A DNA stretch of 64,000 nt from Squalus acanthias (lineage: Eukaryota). Where the stretch lies: contig CM059432.1 in NCBI GenBank assembly GCA_030390025.1, forward strand, positions 28,956,001 through 29,020,000, written 5' to 3'. The position numbers were made by a program, and so were the translations under genes. Shown in pieces: positions 12,300 through 23,740 of the stretch (the first letter of the stretch is position 1; each line of letters begins with the position of its first letter). The notes beneath the pieces are model-generated. The model worked only from the letters and a program-made list of their open reading frames with translations. It had not been told where the DNA came from and ran no database searches.

Positions 12300-13138
12300 C
12301 TTAGGCCGGGGAGGCAGGTTAGGGACGGGCAGGGGGGGGCTCCGAGGTGGGCGGGAAACCCAGGTTTCCCACAGGCCCTGCCGACATTACTGGCAGGGCC
12401 TAATTTGAATGTGAGGCCTTGGTTTCCCGACCGCAGCCAGCCAGCTTGAGAGGCTGGCTTGCTGCGGGCGGGTAGGCCTCAGTTGCGAGGGGTCGGTCCG
12501 GGGGTGGGATCGCGGGCAGGGGGGTCGGCAATCGGTGCGGGGGGGTGGGGGTTCAGAGATTGGCAGGGGTCGGCAATTGGCGGGGGTGGGGGGGGGAGTC
12601 AGCAATCGGGAGGGAGTCAGCAATCGCGGGTGTGAGGGGGTGTTGGCCAGGGATCGGGGGGTGGGATGGCGGAGGATCGGGGCCGACACCGGAGGATCGT
12701 GGCCGGCCTCATCATCATCATTGTGAGGCGGGGGGTGAGGCCTGCGAAGGTGATCGGAGGCCCAGGGGGGTGGGTATGGTCGGTACCCTGGATCCAGGAG
12801 GTAGGTATAAAGCCACTTACCTCCTGGAAGCAGCAGTCCCCACCTCGGTTTATCTGCCGGGTTTCACGAATTGTGTGAAACCCGTCCCCATGCAGTTAAA
12901 TTCAAAATGAAAGGAGAGAAAGAGGCTTCCAGCCTCATTAAAATATTTAAATTTAGGGAACGCCCCTCTGGGAAAGGGTTGGTCGCCCACCCCCCACCCC
13001 GTCCCGCTCCTGTCCCACCTCCGGCAAAACCGGAAGTGGGCGGGTTGGAGGTGGGATCAGGCAGGGAATCCCATTTTCAACAATTTAACAGCCCCCACAC
13101 TCCAAACCCACCCGTTTTTTTATGGGAAAATTCCGGCC
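12300..13138. mobile_element. GC-rich non-autonomous Harbinger-type element, left end unclear
   Basis: Ends in GAAAATTCCGGCC (TIR-like); internal ggcaatcgg repeats; CpG-rich. Confidence 0.55.
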
Positions 13139-13489
13139 TGACTGCCTAAGCACTACAGAGAGAAAAAAGGGACTGAGAGACATGAGGTCTGCTTTCCCAG
13201 GCTTTCTGGGGCTTTCCCGATAGATAGACCTGGGCCTGCACCTGTAATCGGAGTAGGCCTAGTGTTGTTAGTGGTAGTAACAAAGGAACAGGAATAAGCC
13301 ATCAGCTCCTCGGGCCTGTTCTACCTTTCAATTAGATCATGGCTGATCTATATCTTAACGCCATATACTCACCTTGGTTCCATAACACTTAATACTCTTC
13401 TGATTGGAGGACCTGGAGCCAAGCCAGAGAAAAGCCCACAGCAGGGAAGTCTGTTTTCCTCTTTCCCCAATAGGGTTTTCAGACATTGG

Positions 13490-14244
13490 AGGGGGAAAAT
13501 TCGGTTGCTTTGCACCTCCTGTTACTGCCCTAAGAGGGCGCTAGCGGGGGCACAAAGCAATTAGTACCCGGGCGCAGCGCCGCCAACGCCTCCCGCGAAA
13601 TTCAGCGGGAGGTTAGCGGCGGCGGTAACCGTTAGTGCCCCGCGGCGCTGCGCTACTGGCGATGACATCATCGCCGTGCGCAGCGCCGCACTCGCGCCCC
13701 GGCCACGAGCTTCGGTAGAGCCCCCTGACTTACCGCCGGACGCGATGTCCGACGGGGTCAGGGGGGCCTACCTGTGGCCGGGGCAGCGCTATTTAAAGGC
13801 GAGGTGCCGGGCGGCCATTTTTGTTGCTGGCCGCCTGCCAGCACCTACCTCCGCTCCCGTCCCTGGCCTCCTGACCCGCCCCCCCCCCCCCCCACCCGCG
13901 GAGTGCCGGCTGCGCTCCATGAGCCCGGCACTTCTCTTGAGTGCCGGGCTCTTTTGCCAGCACTCCGATCCCTGGTGGCCCAGCTGGGCCCTGGGTCGCA
14001 CTGCCCAAGGCCCCTCCCCTTTAATGCCTGCAATATTGCAGTGCGACATGCCGCAACGCATGGCGCTGCAACATTTAGCGCCGCAATATTCCCTCGCAGC
14101 GCCCCAAGAGGGATGCAGGGCGCTTCCAGTAGCGCCCAGCTTCCCTCTTGGGGCACTACCACTCAATTTCGGCCATGGGGGTGGTAATTTTAGCGCCCCG
14201 GCGAAGTTAGCGCCCCAAAGGGGGCGCGACTCAATTTTTCCCCC
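13490..14244. mobile_element. Harbinger-type MITE (GGGGGAAAAATT family)
   Basis: TIR AGGGGGAAAATT/AATTTTTCCCCC; TSD TGG; multiple (t)agcgcc subterminal motifs; related to 38468-39075 and 42659-43545. Confidence 0.88.
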
Positions 14245-15052
14245 TGGGACTTTCTGGTTGCTGTTCTCTAATTGCAGCCAGAAGGTCCCTGAGTCCGGCA
14301 GTCAGGATCACAGCTGCAGGCCTCTCAAACTGGCCCCCATATTTCATGAGCCAATGGGACCATAGAAATAGTCTTCATTTGGCATGGTGGCATACTTGTA
14401 CTCAAATGGCTGTGGTGGGATTTGGGTTCATGCCTGCTTTTCCCCTACTCACACACAGTGAGTTCCCGATCCTGGCCAGGATGATTGAAAATGAGTCTAA
14501 GTGAAGGGTAGTCAGCTCCTGACAGAGATGCAGTGAAAATCTGAGGGGAAATCTTTGGGATGACTCTCTAAGTGTCAATTCAGCAGCAGCACTCCTCAAG
14601 GCCTTGGAGCAGGTCACCTGCTCTCTCAGCCAGGGATCAGTGCAAGACATGAAAAAAATAAAGAAATAAAGTGATCGTAGGCATTTATTGATCTTTCTCC
14701 AATTCGCTGTTCTCGGGCTGACAGGAGAAATGAAGGATGATTTGACGAAAAATCATTGATCTCAAAACTCCTCCCCTCCCCCACAAAAATGCACAGGAAC
14801 AAGTCCATGCTTTCTAAGTGCACTTTAAGACTCCTGTCCCTAATCGTTACTGTAAAGTGTACCAGCACCATGAGACCTACCCAGCATTGGATCAATGCTA
14901 AAGGATTTAGTCTATTCACTGCAATCCTTTAAGTCAATGGAAACAAGAAATCAATGGAGACTGGGCAGTATCATTAAAGAGTGAGACTCGCAATCAGTGC
15001 CCCCCTTTAAAGATCAAGCACTTGAAAAAAAGTGATTCACTTCAACATTCTT

Positions 15053-15345
15053 CTACAAAAGCAAAATACTGCGTATGCTGGAAATCTGAAATAAAATAGA
15101 AAATGCTGGAAATGCTCAGCAGGTCAGGCAGCATCTTTGGAGAGAGTAACAGAGTTAACGTTTCAGGTTGGTGACCTTTCATCAGAACTGGAAAAAGATG
15201 GAGATGTAACAGATTTCAAGCAAGTACAGGGGCAGAGAAAGGGAGGAGGGGAAGAAAGAACAAAAGGGAAGCTCTGTGATAGGGTGGAAGGCAGGAGTGA
15301 TTAAATGACAAGAGAGATGATGGTGCAAGGCAAAAGGGGATGGTT
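15053..15345 (-). mobile_element. Penelope-like element pseudo-LTR remnant (family A)
   Basis: Homologous to 47905-48190, which is linked to a GIY-YIG-type ORF end; contains a hammerhead motif. Confidence 0.8.
15153..15189 (-). ncRNA. Minimal type-I hammerhead ribozyme motif
   Basis: Minus strand: AGUU-CUGAUGA-A-AGGU(CACCA)ACCU-GAAACGUU-AACU. Confidence 0.75.
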
Positions 15346-15354
15346 GAACTTGGC

Positions 15355-15822
15355 ACACCAAGTCCCAGTCACCCATTACCCCTGTCTTCTCTGATCTAAA
15401 TTGACTCCCTGTTCCTCAATGACTCAAATTTACAATTATCATCCATGTGTTTAAATCCCTTTATGGCCTCGCCCATCCATATCTCTGTAACCTTCTGCAG
15501 CCCTACAACAACCCCGCCCCCCAGTAAACTTTCCATGACTCTAACTCAGACCTTTTGGGCAGGTTCCATTCCCTTTACCCAGCCATTGCTAGCCATGCCT
15601 TCAGTGGCCTAGGCCCCAGGCTCTGGAATTCTCTCACTAGACCCCTCCTACCTCTGCAGCTCCCTCTTCTCCTTTAAGACCCTCCTTAAAACCTACCTCT
15701 TTGACCAGGCTTTTGATAACTACGCCTAATATCTCCTTCTTTGGCTCACCTTTTTTTCTTCCATCTCTGTGACGTTTCTTGTGACATTTTTCCTCCATTA
15801 AATGCATGATATAAATGTTGTT
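15355..15822 (+). mobile_element. L2-type LINE 3' end
   Basis: acccattacccctgt..., ctctggaattctct, cttaaaacctacctctttgacca and tataaatgttgttg tail; homologous to 32905-33500. Confidence 0.75.
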
Positions 15823-16031
15823 GACACAAAACTTTTTCTCTACGTCAATAGTTCATGGGCGATTGATAGACTCAAAGGGAAGTTTCTAGTCTCTAGGTAG
15901 TTTTTAGTTTCGGGGTAGACTCTAGTCAAGTTAAGTAGATAGGCTAAGGACTGGCAGATGGATTTTAATGTAGGTAAATACAAAGTGATGCCCATCAAAA
16001 GAAGATTCATGAGGGTAAATATGGTGTTGGT

Positions 16032-16274
16032 ACTGTGACAGGCTCGATGTAGAGCTAGTACTGGGACAGGCATTATGTCGAACCAGCACTAGGGCATACA
16101 TCGTGTGTAACTGACATTGGCACTCGTTATGATTGGGAACGGTCACTGGGACAGGCATGATGTGGAGCTAGCAATGTGACAGACATGATATAGAACTATC
16201 ATTGGGACAGGCACTATATGGAGCCAGGACTAGGGCAGGCATGATGTGGAGCTAGCATTGGGACAGAAATGATG
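16032..16274 (+). repeat. 28-bp minisatellite, ~8.6 units (consensus actgggacaggcatgatgtggagctagc)
   Basis: Directly visible tandem units. Confidence 0.85.
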
Positions 16275-18569
16275 GTCTAAATTGCTTCCTACTGCACTGA
16301 AATTTCTATGGTCCTCTGAACTAGCATTTCTACATCACAAAACAAATAAATGTGAAAATGGACTTAATCTTAAAATTCAGGCCAAACCAGTTAAATGCGA
16401 ATCCAGAAAAAAATCTTCACACAACTAGTTGTGTTATTGGGGAATGTTTTGCCCCAAAAGGCCATAGATGCAGAATCAATTATGGTTTTTGAAATTTACT
16501 TGGGGAATCAGGTATGCCCAAAGTTGCATTCTTGATGCGGCCATTGCAGGGATGGCAGATTTGGGTCCCAATATTGCTAGGAGCGGTTTGTGATCGGTTA
16601 TCAGGGTAAACATTCTGCCGATCAGGAACTGTTGGAATTTCTTGATTCCAAACACTATGGCGAGTGCTTCCTTTTCAATTTGTGCATAGTTTCTTTCGCT
16701 CTTTGTGATGGTTTGCGATGTGAACGTGATTGGTTTCTCTTGGCCGTCATCCATTACGTGGCCTATGACAGCTCCCACACCGTAGCTGAAAGCATCACAT
16801 GCTAACTTAAGCTCACACTCTGTGTCATAGTGCACAAGTAGAGCATTACTAGAGAGACTTCTCTTATAATTGTTGTAAGCTTACTGTTGTGCTTTCATCC
16901 ACTTCCACTGGACATCCTTCTTGATGAGCTCGTGCAATGGAGCTAACATGGTCACTAACTCAGGTAAGAAATGTACGTAGTACTGGACCATTCCAAGGAA
17001 AGATCTTAACTCAGACATGTTCTGTGGCTTTGGAGCATTGATGACAGCATCAATCTTTTCCTTCACTGGTTGCAAGCCATTTGCATCAACTTTCAGACCA
17101 GGGTACACAACCTCGAGCTGCACAAAAGCACATTTGCTCCTTTTCAATTTGACATTGTGGGCATTCAACCTTTGAAGCACTATATCTAACACTACTAGAT
17201 TTTCTTCCTCGCTGCTTGTTGCGATCAGCACATCGTCTTGATTGCATAAGCTATTTGGAACTCCTTTCAAAATCTTATCCATCATAGTCTGGAAGATTTG
17301 TGGGGAGGACTTTATACTATATGGCAGCTTGGTTTATGAGTACAGTCCCTTGTGTGTGTTGATGGTGAGATACAGTTGACTCTCTTTGCCAACATTCAGC
17401 TGAGAGTAAGCATGCGACAGGTCAAAAACTTTGACCCAGAGAGTGCTGCAAACAAATCTTGTGATGTAACGGGTACTACTCATCGTCAACTGCTTGGTTG
17501 ATAGTAACTTTGTTATCACCGCACAAGCGTACAGTTTTGTCTGCTTTAGGCACTACCAAAATCTGGGTAGCCCATTCACTTTTGTCAGTTTTTACTAGCA
17601 CTCTGTTCTTTCTGAGCTTCACTTGCTCTTCCTCCACCTGACTTTTCAACACATAGGGGACTGGCCTTGCCTTACAATAGATAGGTTTTGTGTTGTTTTG
17701 ATGCGGATATGCGCGTCATACCCAGTGATGCCCTCATAACTGTTTGTGAACATGCTTTTATACTTGTTCAGCATTGTGTCAAGTCGCTTCTTTGAAGCAT
17801 CTACACTGAAGATGTTTTTCCAGTCTAATTTTAACTTTCTCAACCAGTCTTTGCCCATGAGAGTTGGTCTGTTGTAGCTCGCTACAATAATAGACAGCTT
17901 TACTGACTAGCCATTGTGTTGAACTGTACATTCCATTTGTCCACATGTCTCTAGGATTTCTCCGGAGTAGGTTTTTAACTTTACGGTACTCTTTGTAAGT
18001 GGTACTTGATTAAACTTACTCTCATATGTGTCCTTACTCATGATTATCCACCGCCGTGTCGATACACATATCAATATACTGCTCTCACGACTGCTAGAGT
18101 TGCTGCTAGTGGCATAGATATTGTAGATGCCCAGTTCTTCAACATCAGGTGTGTTCGCTTCGATATTGTGAACTCCTCCCTTTTGTTGTCGCTGCTTTGC
18201 ATTGCCATTAGAATGGTTCTTATTTCCTGCTTTCAATCTAGCTCTGCAAGCATTGAAATATGGCCTTGCTTCTGGCAGTAAAAACACTTCACATTTCTGT
18301 ATTGGCAGGACTGTGGTGAATGATTTCCATTGCAGCGATATCAATTCACTGAACTGCTCTCACCGACATGCTTTTGACTCAGTCCCACAGCTTTAGGTTT
18401 GGCGGTGGCTTTGTGATTGTAGACCTCAGCTGCACTAGTCACTTGAGTTGGACGGAGCTCCCTAGCATTCTTAGACGCCATCTCCATAGATAGGGCAGTC
18501 ATGCATGCTATGTCAAACGTTAGGTTCGGAGCATTCAGTAACTTGGACTGTGTGTACTCATCCACCAGT

Positions 18570-20232
18570 TGTAGAATTCGCAATATTATCGCGATTTTAT
18601 AAATAAGGAGGAGACACATAGTTTCGTACAAACAGCTTTATTTCAGCAGAATGCTGTCAGGTTTCCAAAGTGGACACAAGCAGCCTGTAAAATGGCCGCC
18701 ACGCCTCGTGGCAGAACGTTCTAGACTTTTCAATAAGCAGACAAGATGGCGTTCCAATAAACATTTGTGCGAGATCGGACAAGACTCAGCACATTTGAGA
18801 TAATTCACAAGACATAATGGGTTTGCATTTTACACATAAATACTGGAATCGGTCTCCCAGGTGCGAATAAGGGCTATTGTACCGAGCGATCAAGAACCCA
18901 TCCAAAGACATTAATATGCAAAATCCCCACGACTCTACGATGAGAGAGCCGTTTGCGGGTAGTTACAGAAACATTTGGAAGCCCCAAAAGCCCTCCAGGG
19001 AGAATACTGACCGGTTACACAATGGGAGAAGTATTAACGGGTACTCAGACAGTTACAAGTATCACCGAAATCCATTAAACGGAGATCACCCTATACAAGA
19101 AGTTTGAGCGCCAAAACCCTGACAAAAGAAAAGACATTAAGATTGGGCGGGAAAAGAGGAATTACAGCACTATAACTGTAAGGTACAACCGTCCATCTGT
19201 CTCTTGATCTTGACTCTTGACTGCTGTCTCTGCCTCTTGCTGCTCGACTTGCTGGAAGACTATTGAACTTTCTGATCCGCCAGGATCAACCTCGTGGCTT
19301 GCCGCGAAGATCTGTGTGGAACTGGGCTGTGAAGCCTTGAAACGGGCACACCATCCCGAGAAGTCGGTAAACGGTGTTGGAACCGAAGGCCCGAGATGAG
19401 ATGAGATGAGATGAGATGAGATGAGAAGAAGACGACCATACGTATCGCCACGGTCAGTAAGCCCCGACCGCGCCTGTAGGTCGAATAAACACTTTCCTTG
19501 CCCAGGAAGACTATTCTTTGAGTTTTACAAACTGGCGTGAGGGCACAGGAAGACCATTCTTCGAATTTTATCGCATCGGGGCGAGGGCACAGGAAGACTA
19601 TTTTTTGAGTCGTGTCGGAACTCCGAGGACAACACAGATCTTCATGACAGCAGACGGTCCAGCCTGCTAGCCGGAGCAGAAACGAGTAAACAAGTGGGGT
19701 ACAGAGACCCCTGATCAACACGTGGGTGGTCAGGTGCTGCGGTAAAACATCTGAGCAGAGTTTCGGAATTCTCCGAGTTATCACGAGTGGTGAGCATGAG
19801 TCTCGATCCTACAAATCTAGTTTAGGTCAGATATTGATAGGGGAGGGTTTAAGTTTTAAGGATAATTGTAATGTGTGTCCCCTTTTACGATGTGTCGTGC
19901 GCTCCTCGTTTCCCTAAAATTAGTTACATAATTGCGTGTAAGATTGTACTGTCATTAATCTGTGCTTATGACATGTATTTCGTAATCTTGAATAATATGC
20001 AATAAAGAGTTTCCATTTCGCACTATTCAACCGGGTCTACCTGAGTTTTCTCTGCATTATTGCTCTCGCATCTAAGTCCAGTGTCAGAACCGTAAGGGCG
20101 AGTGGGTCGAACCACTCACAGGTGTCTAGTGCTACCAGGCTGACTGGAGACCAGAACAGGCAACAAGGCCTAACCTCGCACTAGCACCCAGGCTGAGCAC
20201 TGAGCCTCAGGCGTGGCACACAAACCCTTACA
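18570..20232 (+). mobile_element. Solo LTR A (1663 bp; ERV- or Gypsy-type)
   Basis: TG...CA ends; 4-bp TSD CAGT (18566-18569, 20233-20236); excision restores the Gypsy gag frame; AATAAA at 20001. Confidence 0.9.
19393..19426 (+). repeat. (GAGAT)n microsatellite within LTR A
   Basis: Directly visible. Confidence 0.9.
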
Positions 20233-20930
20233 CAGTCCACACACAAACTTATCTCACAACGCACAATCCAAAAATGTGCCGATGTTACAATGCAAAGACA
20301 AGTTCTTAAGAACTACAATGTACTCACTGATGGTTTTACTTTATTTTTGGTTTCTGGTACCAAACTTATAACTCTCTGCTATTTCTAACGGCTTTGGGTC
20401 GAAATGGTCCTCGGGTTTCTCGACAATGTCTTCAAACGACGCATCCTTCACTTTCCCTGGCGCAAGTAGGTTTGTCAATGTTCTGTAGACATCTGGCACG
20501 ATTTCCATTAGAAAGGTTGCTTTTTTCCATTCATGAATTACTTTATTTTGAGCTTGAACATTCTCATCTGTACCTTCGGTCTCAATAATATTGGCCCCAA
20601 AACACATCTCCATTCGCTCAATGTAAGAACTGAATGGTTCGCGAGCTTGGTCATACATGCCGAGGCTTCCAATGAATCCCGTAGGTGCGGCCATGATTGT
20701 CCTGATCCCATCGAACAGTGACTCAGCACGCTACCTGTGTACCTGTGAGAATCAACACCACTGTTGCCGTGTATACGTACACATGAAGGCAAAGCACAGA
20801 TGATTCTGCATGAGCAGTAACAGTAAAACATCGCAAAAATTCAGTTTAGGTGTCACAAATTCACCTTAAACTTTTCCACTTGAAGGTTGAACACTGTGTC
20901 CTTCCATGATCCCTAAAAAAGGCTTTGGGT

Positions 20931-20947
20931 TCCCATCCTCATCACCA
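20931..20947 (-). promoter_or_regulatory. Primer binding site complementary to the tRNA-Ser(GCT) 3' end
   Basis: TGGTGATGAGGATGGGA equals TGGCGACGAGGATGGGA with two CpG transitions; lies 3 nt inside the LTR terminal CA. Confidence 0.75.
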
Positions 20948-20950
20948 AAA

Positions 20951-21274
20951 TGTGATATATTTATCCCTCAATCAACATAACAAGAACAGATATCTGGTCA
21001 TTATCACATTGCTGTTTGTGTGAGCTTGCTGTGCGCAAATTGGCTGTCGCATTTCCCACATTACAACAGTGACTACACCCCAAAAGTACTTCATTGGCTG
21101 TAAAGTGCTTTGAGACGTCCGGTGGTTGTGAAAGGCGCGATATAAATGCAAGTCTTTCTTTTATATGTGGGTAGAACAAATGAAGGACAGAGACACGATG
21201 AGTTGCTAGTCCATGTGCTTGCTTTATTAGGCCAGAGCTAACTGAGCATGCTCATACTAAACCATGTGATAACA
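20951..21274 (-). repeat. Gypsy 5' LTR (~120 bp net) interrupted by a 5'-truncated SINE (20961-21162, + strand, TATAT duplication)
   Basis: Minus strand TGTTATCAC...AATAAA...TATCACA, adjacent to the PBS. Confidence 0.75.
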
Positions 21275-21651
21275 GTATACACTGGGTAAAATAGAATAAT
21301 TCATTCTGGTCTGCTCCTGTACAGCTTATGCAAGTTTCAATGACAGCTCCTGTATAGGTACAGTACACGCTAAAAGAAAGGGAACAATTCACTTCTGCTG
21401 ACTGCACATCTTGTGTCCATTTCAGTGTCAACTCACTGCACATGTATATACACTGGGCAAATTAAACAATTAATTCCTCTGCTGCATGTGTATCCCAGCG
21501 TATCCCACCTCCAGTACCTGCATTTATACAGTACACACTGGGTAATGGGAGCAACCCACTCCTGTCAGATATTGTACAGCTCATGCATGTCTCAGTGTTA
21601 GCTTCTATACATGTAAAGTACATGCAACAGCTGAAAAAAGGCTGTTATATT

Positions 21652-22395
21652 GGGCCAAAAATTCATCCCGCGACGCGAGAGTACGCAGTGCGTACTCTCG
21701 CGTATTCTCTCTCCAATTGCCGGTTTTCTGCATGCCCTGCGCATGCGCTGAAAACCGGCACTTGGTCTTTTGAAAAGGGGGCGGTTCCTCGGTGCATCGC
21801 GTGCGCGCTACAGGCTGCGCGCACGCTGTGCACTTCGTGCTTTGGACGCGCAGGTAAGTACGGAAGATTTTAGAAATGGAAAAAGGAGGAGTAAGACCCA
21901 CTTTTAACAAGGTAAGTAGTGAATTAAGTATTTTTTTGAATTTTTTTTAACAGGTATATCTTTTTTAGAGACTTTAAAGACAGGTAAGTTTATTTTTATA
22001 ACTTTTTAAAAGATTTTAAATTTTTTCAAAAATTTAATTTTTTATTTAAAATGGTTAATTTATTTAACTATACTTATTTTATTAATGTGATGGTTTTTAA
22101 AAAAAATTTAATTGAGGTTTAGCTGTTATTTTGGGGGGGTGTAAGATTCATAGATTTCACAGCACGTATGTGAAACTTATGAATGGAAGATGGTGTGCTG
22201 CCATTGGCTCTAACTGAGTCACGTGATCCCACAGCTCGCACGAATTCACTACGCCGGTGGGATACGCAAGCACTGCCCAGCTGATGTCTGGAACATCAAG
22301 TTCGTGCGAGCTGGATCTGAAAAAGCACAAGCGGAGTGAGAGATCGCGGGGAAGCCTTACCCCCGCGGGAACAGAGCGAGATCAATTTCTGGGCC
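21652..22395. mobile_element. Harbinger-type MITE (AT-rich core, splice-donor-rich)
   Basis: TIR GGGCCAAAAATT/AATTTCTGGGCC; TSD ATT; second copy at 46036-46753. Confidence 0.9.
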
Positions 22396-22945
22396 ATTAA
22401 GAGTACTAGAAACTACATATTTTAAAATGTTACAACTCTTGAAGTGTAAAAGTTAAGTTTTGGAGCTTAGGATGTCAGTGAGAGAACAAGATGTTAGATG
22501 TTATACATGTTTAATGGCCTGTTAAATCTGATTGTGGGTGCAATGGGAAGTGACTTCTCAGAACAACGCATGGGCCTAACTCTATAACATCCTCTAACCA
22601 CTGCTTTGATGGTGGTCTTTGAAAAAGCTGGGGATGAGTGTGTGAGAAAGTCACATCGTTGGAAGTTGGTCTGATGGAGTTTTATATTAAAGCTCCATGT
22701 TCTAAGGTAATTTGATTGCATTTTATACCCATTTACTTTGCCGTGTTGGCTCATGTAGACAAAGTCCCACATCCACAATCATGAATAGGGGCAGAACAGT
22801 GAATAGCCTGAATTCTGAGAGCAAATTTTCTGGTACTCCACTGATAGTGCAAAGCCTTGCTGCCCTGGAATGAGCATCATAAAATCAGGCATGATGGCCC
22901 ACACACCCCGATACACAGCACACTGCCTTCAGTATTGAAAAAAAA

Positions 22946-23033
22946 TGAGAAGTCGCACAACACCAGGTTATAGTCCAACAGATTTATTTAATTTTACAAG
23001 CTTTCGGAGCAGTTCGCTCCTTCGTCAGGTAAG
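22946..23033 (-). mobile_element. Penelope-like pseudo-LTR remnant (family B)
   Basis: Homologous to the arms of 60563-60729; carries a hammerhead motif. No ORF evidence in this window. Confidence 0.7.
22994..23032 (-). ncRNA. Minimal type-I hammerhead ribozyme motif
   Basis: UUAC-CUGACGA-A-GGAGC(GAACU)GCUCC-GAAAGCUU-GUAA. Confidence 0.8.
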
Positions 23034-23559
23034 TTTAGCAGTGAGAGAATCTCCCAGAATTCACAATTTAAACACAGACAAAATATATTCAAATCTTTCC
23101 CTACATCAAAGAGCATAGCCAAGACAATGAGATGTGTCCCAGTATTGAAGACATTTCCCTGTTCTTTGAGGGAGTTCAAGTATGACTATACCTTTGGAAA
23201 TGATATTATTGACTCCCATGCCAGATTTCATTTTGTTTTTGTTGGCTGTTCCCTATAGTGCTGCTCACCCATGTAGAACAGCCACTTGAGCATTTGACTG
23301 TCCTGGCATGTAGATGTAAGCAGCTTAAAGCTGTGCTGTCATTTTCAGCTTTGTTTGTAAAGTGTCATTTTTTTCACTTACCAGCTAGTTTTATCTGATT
23401 TTCATTTATGCATTTGTGTATATGCCACATTTTTTGCATTGCAAGAATTTTAATACCATTCCTTCTTCACCAGCAATCATGCTTGCAGCTGAAATTTCAT
23501 TTGCAGCAAGCAATGTTCTCAGGGTGGCAGTTTAGTTGGGGGAACCAATGATGCTCCAT

Positions 23560-23740
23560 AATTTGGATGAGGAAGGTCCCGCATGGCAGACTGGTCACGA
23601 AAGTAAAAGCCCATGGGATCCAAGGCAAAGTGACAAGTTGGATCCAAAATTGGCTCAGAGGCAGGAAACAAAGGGGAGGCTGGGGGGTAATTGAGGTGTA
23701 TAAAGTTATGAGGGGCCTAGATAGAGTGGATAGGATCCCT
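23560..23740 (+). mobile_element. CR1 fragment with a large internal deletion
   Basis: KVPHGRLVTKVKAHGIQG...IEVYKVMRGLDRVD. Confidence 0.8.

Larger units (their letters stand above)
16497..21274 (-). mobile_element. Gypsy/Ty3 LTR retrotransposon, decayed and 3'-truncated (gag-PR-RT-RNaseH), split by a solo LTR
   Basis: gag MAAPTGFIGSLG...AESYKF and RDKFVCGL|VDEY; LKTYSGE; RT DLSHAYSQL, NQDDVLI, RSFLGMVQYY; RNase H ACDA.SYGVGAV, NYAQIEKEALAI, TDHKPL; PBS and 5' LTR present. Confidence 0.92.

Noticed and set aside
13676..14365. 229-aa ORF and overlapping ORFs
   Set aside because: Stop-poor GC-rich MITE sequence; low-complexity Pro/Ala product.
16032..16274. CRISPR-like array
   Set aside because: Units are contiguous degenerate tandem repeats with no unique spacers; eukaryotic context with no cas genes.
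19260..19784. Retroviral accessory ORF in LTR A
   Set aside because: Runs through a microsatellite and tandem repeats on the antisense strand; no recognisable motif.
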